41,206 nucleotides of DNA from a candidate division WWE3 bacterium. Its GTDB lineage: Bacteria > Patescibacteriota > WWE3 > UBA101185 > UBA10185. The stretch covers positions 1 through 41,206 of the forward strand of contig PXDX01000118.1 of assembly GCA_003564915.1 (NCBI GenBank). Direction: 5' to 3'. The notes beneath the pieces were generated by a model. That model was not told the origin of the DNA, searched no databases, and worked only from the letters and a program-made list of their open reading frames with translations. Of this stretch, positions 32,272 to 41,206 are shown piece after piece (within the stretch, counting starts at the first letter, position 1; each line of letters opens with the position of its first letter). A program made the position numbers and the translations under genes.

Positions 32272-33699
32272 CTAAGTTCTCCACGCTTTTAATATCCTAT
32301 TCTTTGCTCTTCTGGTTTTTACAAAATTCAGCCAATCTTTACTGGGCCTTTTTCTTTGTTTGTTGACTTTTATTTTAACCACATCGCCTGTTTCTATCTT
32401 ATAATCAAGTTTCACTATTTTATCGTTAACAAAAGCGCCGATACATCTATCTCCAATATCCGTATGTACGGCATAGGCAAAATCCACTACCGTAGCCCCT
32501 TTTGGTAATTGAATAATATCTCCCTTGGGCGTTAATATATAAACTTTGTCGCTAAAGGGAGTTTTAGAAACGAACTCTTTGTTTTTTTGAATTTCCAAAA
32601 AGTTAAGATCTCTAAACCATTCAGGATGTTTGTTAAGATACTTTTTATATTCTTCCACAGCTTGTGATTTTTCATCTTTTTCGCCAATTTTGTAAAGGAG
32701 ATGTGAGCTAAAGCCGAACTCCGCCTGCGTGTGCATTTCGTGAGATCTGATCTGTACTTCCATGACAAGATCATTATCTATTTCAAAAACATTATGTATG
32801 GCCCGATATCCTGTAGGCCTTGGCTTTTCAATATAGTCATCTCTCTCTTGAGGGAGATAGTTCCAGAGTTGCTTAAGCAAGGTTTCCACAAGATAACATT
32901 CTTCTATGGTTCGGACTATTACCCTTAGTGCAAAGAGATCATAGATGTTCTCCAGATCATTCCCGATATCGATTCCTCGCGATTTATATCTGACCATTTT
33001 TCTGAATGTACTGTAAGGGGATTTAGTTCTGTATTGGATTTGAAAGTCTCTCATTCCCTGTTCGGTTAAAATCTCTGACAAGACCTTTTTAATGTCCGCG
33101 AATATCTTTTTGGTTCCCCAAGATCTTTTTTTGATTATTTTCTTAATTTCAAAATATTCTTCGGGATAGAGGATTTTGAAAGCGGCATTTTCCAGGTCCT
33201 TTGAAATGTTGGATACTCCCAGAACCTTAGCTAGCGGGGCATAAAGATAAAGCGCTCTTATAGCCATCTCCTCTCTTTTTTCTTTATCGAACATCTGGCA
33301 ATTGTCTAGATCTTTAGCTTTCACCACAAGCCTGACTATAAGAAGTCTCACGTCTTCAACCAAATTTATAAGTGTTTGATTCAAATATTTTTCGTTAAAG
33401 TCCCTTAGGTTTTCGGTCTTTATTTTAGTTTCTTTTAATTTACCGTATCTTTCCAATAGGGCGACAATTTCAGATCCAGCCAATTCCTCTATCTTTTTGA
33501 TCGATTTCTTTGGGGACACAGAAAGCGCATCATGTAAGAAGGCTATGGTAAGAGTTGTTTCGTCCCTGATAGAATACTTTTTTAGTCTTTTGACAATATC
33601 CAAAGCATAATCATAATAAGTTTCTTCGGAGAGACGAGTTTCTCCCTCATATAGATCCTTTGCTAGATTCTTTATTTTTTGTGGAACCATTGTGACCAT
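32272..33699 (-). CDS. RelA/SpoT homolog (long-RSH-like: degenerate HD domain, (p)ppGpp synthetase domain, TGS domain)
   Basis: Synthetase motifs: YRTKSPYSTFRKM, DLFALRVIV, GYRAIHNVF and EVQIRSHEMHTQAEFG. TGS domain: VYILTPKGDIIQLPKGATVVDFAYAVHTDIG. The N-terminal HD region keeps LHD but lacks other hydrolase residues. The real start may be the second ATG at 33690, because TATAAT abuts the first ATG. Confidence 0.85.
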   Translation of the reverse strand: MVTMVPQKIKNLAKDLYEGETRLSEETYYDYALDIVKRLKKYSIRDETTLTIAFLHDALSVSPKKSIKKIEELAGSEIVALLERYGKLKETKIKTENLRDFNEKYLNQTLINLVEDVRLLIVRLVVKAKDLDNCQMFDKEKREEMAIRALYLYAPLAKVLGVSNISKDLENAAFKILYPEEYFEIKKIIKKRSWGTKKIFADIKKVLSEILTEQGMRDFQIQYRTKSPYSTFRKMVRYKSRGIDIGNDLENIYDLFALRVIVRTIEECYLVETLLKQLWNYLPQERDDYIEKPRPTGYRAIHNVFEIDNDLVMEVQIRSHEMHTQAEFGFSSHLLYKIGEKDEKSQAVEEYKKYLNKHPEWFRDLNFLEIQKNKEFVSKTPFSDKVYILTPKGDIIQLPKGATVVDFAYAVHTDIGDRCIGAFVNDKIVKLDYKIETGDVVKIKVNKQRKRPSKDWLNFVKTRRAKNRILKAWRT

Positions 33700-33705
33700 A
33701 TTATA
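33700..33705 (-). promoter_or_regulatory. -10 box TATAAT, abutting the first ATG and 9 nt upstream of the second ATG of the RSH gene
   Basis: The minus strand reads TATAAT-ATGgtcaca-ATG. Confidence 0.4.
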
Positions 33706-33801
33706 CCTGTTAGAATTTCAGTAGCGTAGACTTTGCAGAGCACAGTTATATTTTTTCAAAATATCGTTCAATATTTATACTCGATTTGGCGATATATCTT
33801 T

Positions 33802-33847
33802 TAAGGGATACTTTTAGAATTTGAGGGAATTATCAATTTTTAAGGGA
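33802..33847 (+). repeat. Three phased copies of T(A/G)AGGGA(A/T)T at 19-20 nt spacing
   Basis: TAAGGGAT at 33802, TGAGGGAA at 33822 and TAAGGGAT at 33841. Each is preceded by a T-run. Confidence 0.5.
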
Positions 33848-34080
33848 TTTGAGTTCCGGTAAATAATTTTTTAGTGATGCTTCTATATTATATTGATTAG
33901 AGTCAGCGCATCGAAGAAACTCTGAAATGCGGGCAGTTGTGGTTAGGTTGGATAGAAGGGAATTTTTTATGTATATTATTGAGGTTGAAAAGTCTTTGGA
34001 ATAATTGGAATAATAGGCGAACGAAGATCACGCCTGTATTTTAATAGAGTGTATTGCGAAGATCTAATTAAGTGTTTGAG

Positions 34081-34109
34081 TTGACTTTAAGCCCAGTGGA
34101 TGTTAAATT
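34081..34109 (+). promoter_or_regulatory. Candidate promoter of the tRNA-Ala-23S-5S unit: TTGACT-17 nt (with TGt)-TAAATT
   Basis: -35 TTGACT at 34081-34086 and -10 TAAATT at 34104-34109, preceded by TGt. The -35 hexamer is the same as in the 16S candidate promoter. Confidence 0.45.
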
Positions 34110-34331
34110 AATGTCAAGAATCTGAACGGAATGGAATCAACTTCTTTCACAGAAGCTCTGGTTTGCTGATGCTGTAAAGGTATTGGCGGCTCAAGCATTG
34201 TTGTATTATTGTCAGCTTGTGTTTTTCAGGAAATTCAACCGTCGCTTTGTAAAAGCCGGTTATTTGCTCGAGAAAACCTGTAACAGCTTCGACTTTCTTT
34301 GAGCAAAATTAAATTTTCTGAATGTTCATAG

Positions 34332-34408
34332 GGGCTCGTAGCTCAGCTGGCTAGAGCATCGCTTTTGCATAGCGGAGGTCGCGGGTTCGAGTCCCGCCGA
34401 GTCCACCA
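34332..34408 (+). tRNA. tRNA-Ala (TGC)
   Basis: GGGCTCGTAGCTCAGCTGGCTAGAGCATCGCTTTTGCATAGCGGAGGTCGCGGGTTCGAGTCCCGCCGAGTCCACCA. It has the G3:U70 pair and anticodon loop TTTGCAT. CCA is encoded. Confidence 0.9.
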
Positions 34409-34735
34409 TTCAGCGTTGCATCGCAACCTGAATGGCTGATCAAAACGCTAGGGGCGTTTTGAACTGCCTCACAGAATGGTACACCATTCTGTGAACTTGA
34501 TAATAAGATTTTGTTGTACATTCAGTGTTGCAGCGTAACCTGAATAAGTTTGGAAAAGAACAAGAAGAAGTAGTTTCTTAAACCTGACAAGCTTCTAGCA
34601 AGGTTGTCGGATTTAAAAACTTCTTTTTGAGGTTTTTAGCGGTGATTTCTATCAAGTTCAGTGAACTTGACAGAGGGTTCATTCCGTCTGTAGCGGATTG
34701 ATCGTCTCCGAAAGTTGTTCTACGAACAACAAAAA

Positions 34736-34748
34736 GCTCTTTGAAAAC
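34736..34748 (+). promoter_or_regulatory. boxA-like element in the spacer upstream of 23S
   Basis: GCTCTTTGAAAAC compared with the consensus TGCTCTTTAACAA. It overlaps the 5' arm of the 23S processing stem. Confidence 0.3.
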
Positions 34749-34761
34749 TGAATGAATTGTC
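34743..34761 (+). other. 5' arm of the 23S precursor processing stem
   Basis: GAAAACTGAATGAATTGTC is complementary to GACAATTCATTCGGTTTTC at 38085-38103, with one G-U pair. Confidence 0.7.
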
Positions 34762-34874
34762 CAGGAGATACCTTTTATTTATTTAATTGGTATTTCCACA
34801 AATGTTCAATCAAAAAGTTTTACTTTTAAGTAAAGCTTTGTGTCTATATATCCGTAAGGATATATACACTCATT

Positions 34875-38064
<3,190 letters not shown>

Positions 38065-38084
38065 GAAGTAACAGGTTGAACTTC

Positions 38085-38103
38085 GACAATTCATTCGGTT
38101 TTC
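38085..38103 (+). other. 3' arm of the 23S precursor processing stem
   Basis: Complementary to 34743-34761. Confidence 0.7.
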
Positions 38104-38203
38104 AGGGAGTTTTTATATAAAGCTCTCTTTATGACGGTGCTTTTTGTTCCTTGCGGAGCTTAAAGCGCACTTTTATAATTTAAATAGATTTTGCGGCTAC
38201 TAT

Positions 38204-38316
38204 CTCGGTGACGATGGCGATAGGGATCCACCTCTTTCCATTCCGAACAGAGAAGTTAAACCTATCAGCGCCGAAAATACTAGATCTTGTATCTGGGAAA
38301 ATAGGTCGTCGCCGGG
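38204..38316 (+). rRNA. rrf: 5S ribosomal RNA
   Basis: CTCGGTGACGATGGCGATAGGGATCCACCTCTTTCCATTCCGAACAGAGAAGTTAAACCTATCAGCGCCGAAAATACT...GGGAAAATAGGTCGTCGCCGGG. The conserved CCGAAC and GTTAAG-like blocks are present and the terminal helix pairs. Confidence 0.85.
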
Positions 38317-38454
38317 ATAGTGTCCGTAAGAGTCAAGGTTTTGAACAAAGAATCGGGTTTTAATAAGCAGCTGGTTTGTCGCTTTGTTGCTGCAAGGATC
38401 TTAAGATCCTGTGAACCAATATAGTAAATATTTAATCAAAGCGAGAATAGAACA

Positions 38455-39573
38455 ATGTCAAAAGCAAGAAAAGTTAGAAATGACTCTCCCAAAATGGATA
38501 AGCTTGTGGAAGAGCACGGTATCCATATTAAACAATTCCGCCCCGGTGAACTGGTTGAAGGTGTGGTTGTCAGCGCATCCCATAATCAAGTTCTTTTGGA
38601 TATCAATGCCAAGTCCGAAGGAGTAGTTTCAGGAAGTGAAATGGGAGACGGAACTTTTGGTTATCGAGATTTGGAACCCGGGGATAAGGCTTTAGCTTCG
38701 GTTGTTCAGCCTGAAAATAGCCAAGGTTATGTAGTATTGTCATTCAAAAGATGCGAAGGGGAAAGGCAGTGGAGAATGGTTGAGGATGCTATGGAAAATG
38801 GCATCACACTTCAAGTTACGGTTCGTGAATATAATAAGGGAGGATTACTTGTAGATTGTTTGGGCCTAAGAGGATTCATACCTCTTTCTCATCTGGATAG
38901 AGTACACTTTGCAGAGGATATTGCAAAATTTGCTGCCGGAAGTGAGGCAGAGCTAAAAGAGTCCTTAAAGGTTTTATCCGGCAAGGAATTAAAAGTAAAA
39001 GTAATAGAAGTTGATAAGGTTAAAAACAGACTTGTATTATCCGAAAAAGAAGCATTAAAAGCTTACAGTGATGAGGCCAGGAAGAAAAAACTAGCCAAGA
39101 TAGATGAAGGAGATGTTCTGACAGGAATTGTCACAGGTTTGATGCCTTTCGGAATATTTGTTGATCTTGAAGGTGTAGAAGGACTTGTTCATATCAGTGA
39201 GATCGCTTGGGAAAAGGTTAATGATCCGGGAAATTATTACAAGGTGGGAGAGCCCATTGAAGTTAAGGTTTTGGGTGTTGATGAGGATTCTGAAAAGCTC
39301 GCCTTAAGTGTAAAAAGATTGATCCCCAATCCTTGGGAAGATGTTCAGGACAAATATCCTGTAGGAACAAGGATCAAAGGTACCGTCAGCAGAATAGTTC
39401 CTTTTGGGGCGTTCGTAACAGTTGAGCAGGGTCTTGAAGGTCTTGTACACATATCTGAGGCCGGAGGTCCTCTTGAAGAAGGGGAAGAGGTCGAGGCTAT
39501 TGTGACTCTGGTTGATAAGGATAATCAAAAATTAGCGTTAAGTACGCGTCTGTTGGATAAGATAGAAAGATAA
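38455..39573 (+). CDS. rpsA: 30S ribosomal protein S1 (four S1 domains)
   Basis: Repeated S1 OB-fold units: GELVEGVV, GDVLTGIVTGLMPFGIFVDLEGVEGLVHISE and GTRIKGTVSRIVPFGAFVTVEQGLEGLVHISE. Confidence 0.9.
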   Translation: MSKARKVRNDSPKMDKLVEEHGIHIKQFRPGELVEGVVVSASHNQVLLDINAKSEGVVSGSEMGDGTFGYRDLEPGDKALASVVQPENSQGYVVLSFKRCEGERQWRMVEDAMENGITLQVTVREYNKGGLLVDCLGLRGFIPLSHLDRVHFAEDIAKFAAGSEAELKESLKVLSGKELKVKVIEVDKVKNRLVLSEKEALKAYSDEARKKKLAKIDEGDVLTGIVTGLMPFGIFVDLEGVEGLVHISEIAWEKVNDPGNYYKVGEPIEVKVLGVDEDSEKLALSVKRLIPNPWEDVQDKYPVGTRIKGTVSRIVPFGAFVTVEQGLEGLVHISEAGGPLEEGEEVEAIVTLVDKDNQKLALSTRLLDKIER

Positions 39574-39602
39574 TCCACATGCTGGTTTGCATCTAGGAAA
39601 TA

Positions 39603-41206
39603 ATGAAGAACACCTTAGATCGATTAACTACAAAACTTCGTTCAGTTCTGAGGAATTTTTCTGAAGATTTGGGTAAGAGTCCTCCTCGGAATATTCTTTT
39701 AGCCCTGAAGGATGAGGGAGGGATGGCGCAAAACTTGATAGACAGTTTGGGAATAAAATCCTCGGATATGCCTGATGATACAAGCATAGAGGATTTATTA
39801 AAGAGATCCTACTTCGAAGCCCTTCGTCTAAAACAACCCTATGTGGGTACAGAACATTTCTTACTGGCACTTCTGCAAGCATCAGAATCTCCTCTTTATC
39901 CGGAAGCGAAAAGAAGATTGTCTAAAATGACTGTCTTTCCCAGGATCATGGCGGATGAACGGGAACCGCAGGAAAATGGATTTCTGGATATTTTTGCTGT
40001 TAACCTGAACCTCAAAGTTGCTGCAGAAATTGATAAAGACTATGTTCATAGGGAGGGATTCGAGCTTCTTCTTTCAATCTTACTTCAGAATGAAAAACCG
40101 AATCCTTTGATTGTGGGGGAAACAGGAGTTGGCAAGGAGTTTTTGGTCTATTTATTGGCGGACAGGATGAATTCCATGGACGTCCCCTCATCTTTATTGG
40201 GTTACCAGATCTACGAAATAGATATCCTTTCCTTTATTACGGGTAATGCGGGAAAAGGGAATTTGGAAAGCACTTTATCGGCCTTTTTTACGGAGATTTC
40301 AAGCTTGAACAGAGTGATAATCTATCTTAAGAATTTTGAAAACCTTTTCTTTTCCACCAATACCGGAGTCGCCATGCCTTTGGTCTATGGTTCTTTCAAA
40401 TCCCAATTGGAGGAGTCCGGAATTCGCTATATCGCGACTTGCTCGTCGGACATGCATTCGCGTCTGATTATGGATAACCCTCAGGCCCTAGGAGGTTTCA
40501 GCACCGTTGACTTATCTGAACCTGATGAGGTTACGACAAAGAAGATATTGGAAGCGAATGCTGATTTTTTGGGATCTCACCACAACGTGATATTTACCCC
40601 CAAGATCCTCGATTATATATATGATAAGGCAGATAAGAACATTACAGGTAAAAAATTTCCTCAAAAAGGTATAGATTTGATGGATCAATCAGGAGCCAAA
40701 GTTCTGTTGAGGAGTGCCGGGGTTCCGGAGGAGTATAAGGATCTCTTGGAAGAGTCTGTGCTGCTGACCCAAGGATTGGAAAAAAGTCTTGAAGTTAGGG
40801 AATATGATCAGGCGGTCAAGATCAGGGCAATGATAACATCCATTGAGGAGCGCATGCTGGTAAATGAGAAAAAGATGTTCGACTCCGATGGATATAGAGT
40901 TATTAAAAAAGATGTTGATGCTGCCCTAAAAGATTACGGTTTGAGCGATGATCCCGATTATGAGCAGAATCTTTCCTCACTGAATACTTTGGAGAAAAGA
41001 ATCAATAAAAGAATCATTGGGCAGGAAAATGCCGTTTCCTTGGTGAGCCGCGGTCTTTTACGTGCGCGTCTAGGGCTAAGGTCAAGAAAACGTCCGTTGG
41101 GTAACTTTTTATTTCTTGGACCTACGGGAGTTGGGAAGACAGAACTAGCCAAAGTATTATCAGATGAATTTTTCGGAGAGAATAAACTTATTAGATTGGA
41201 TATGTC
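39603..41206 (+). CDS. ClpC/ClpB-like Clp/Hsp100 ATPase, 3'-truncated by the window end; first AAA+ module degenerate
   Basis: The frame is open from the ATG at 39603 (AGGA 4 nt upstream) to the window end, so it is absent from the ORF track. It has a Clp_N-like YVGTEHFLLALLQ. NBD1 reads GETGVGKE / VIIYLKNFENL instead of GEPGVGKT / IDELH. A UVR-like linker (EVREYDQAVKIRAM) follows. NBD2 has IIGQENAV and the canonical Walker A GPTGVGKTELAK. Confidence 0.8.
   Translation, partial: MKNTLDRLTTKLRSVLRNFSEDLGKSPPRNILLALKDEGGMAQNLIDSLGIKSSDMPDDTSIEDLLKRSYFEALRLKQPYVGTEHFLLALLQASESPLYPEAKRRLSKMTVFPRIMADEREPQENGFLDIFAVNLNLKVAAEIDKDYVHREGFELLLSILLQNEKPNPLIVGETGVGKEFLVYLLADRMNSMDVPSSLLGYQIYEIDILSFITGNAGKGNLESTLSAFFTEISSLNRVIIYLKNFENLFFSTNTGVAMPLVYGSFKSQLEESGIRYIATCSSDMHSRLIMDNPQALGGFSTVDLSEPDEVTTKKILEANADFLGSHHNVIFTPKILDYIYDKADKNITGKKFPQKGIDLMDQSGAKVLLRSAGVPEEYKDLLEESVLLTQGLEKSLEVREYDQAVKIRAMITSIEERMLVNEKKMFDSDGYRVIKKDVDAALKDYGLSDDPDYEQNLSSLNTLEKRINKRIIGQENAVSLVSRGLLRARLGLRSRKRPLGNFLFLGPTGVGKTELAKVLSDEFFGENKLIRLDM

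Noticed and set aside
34409-34560. Two similar hairpins (CATTCAGCGTTGCATCGCAACCTGAATG and CATTCAGTGTTGCAGCGTAACCTGAAT) plus CACAGAATGGTACACCATTCTGTG after tRNA-Ala
   Set aside because: They lie in the transcribed spacer between tRNA-Ala and 23S and are most likely precursor folding or processing structures, not an independent element or CRISPR-like repeat.
38411-38626. 71-aa plus-strand ORF overlapping the rpsA start
   Set aside because: It is in a different frame from the well-supported S1 reading frame.
39593-39882. Two minus-strand ORFs (64 and 84 aa)
   Set aside because: They are antisense to the 5' end of the ClpC-like gene, whose plus-strand frame is open to the window end and carries clear Clp motifs.

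Overview
This is a gene-dense bacterial window of roughly 40% GC by eye. The divergent rRNAs, split transketolase, small hypothetical membrane proteins and reduced metabolism suggest a Candidate Phyla Radiation / Patescibacteria (Microgenomates-like) genome; that placement is inference. Contents in order: (1) A stable-RNA cluster at 1-4.5 kb with tRNA-Met(CAT), initiator tRNA, tRNA-Ala(CGC), tRNA-Arg(GCG), tRNA-Ser(GCT) and tmRNA next to smpB. It is interleaved with ftsB/divIC-like, Xer-like recombinase, a small Mrr-like nuclease-fold protein and a membrane protein. (2) Housekeeping genes: metG, DUF192, pcrA/uvrD, rsmA/ksgA and nth. (3) A long minus-strand array at 10.1-22.7 kb. It carries a non-oxidative pentose phosphate block (rpiB, rpe, LOG-family protein, split transketolase, PfkB kinase, 2-hydroxyacid dehydrogenase), then lgt, three small membrane/hypothetical genes, a degenerate Fic-wHTH protein, recF, mutM and a glycosyltransferase. 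(4) A HEPN-like orphan, mnmA, an 804-aa secreted BNR-repeat/M23 peptidase, a BpsA-like aminopropyltransferase fused to an AdoMet-decarboxylase-like domain, and a CPA2 antiporter. (5) An rRNA locus that is physically broken. A stand-alone 16S has its own candidate promoter, processing stem and terminator. It is followed by 3 kb of minus-strand genes: a small membrane ORF, an inverted tRNA-Ile(GAT) and a RelA/SpoT homolog. Then comes a second unit of tRNA-Ala(TGC)-23S-5S with its own candidate promoter. (6) rpsA and a ClpC-like ATPase whose first AAA+ module looks dead; this gene runs off the window end. All eight tRNA-like 3' ends encode CCA. I saw no CRISPR array, no transposase or IS element, and no ORF-bearing rRNA intron. 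The most notable points are the split rRNA locus with the stringent-response gene inside it, a recurring leaderless-type promoter layout, the polyamine enzyme fusion, and several pseudo-enzyme-like proteins. All homology calls are motif recognition by eye, not database searches.
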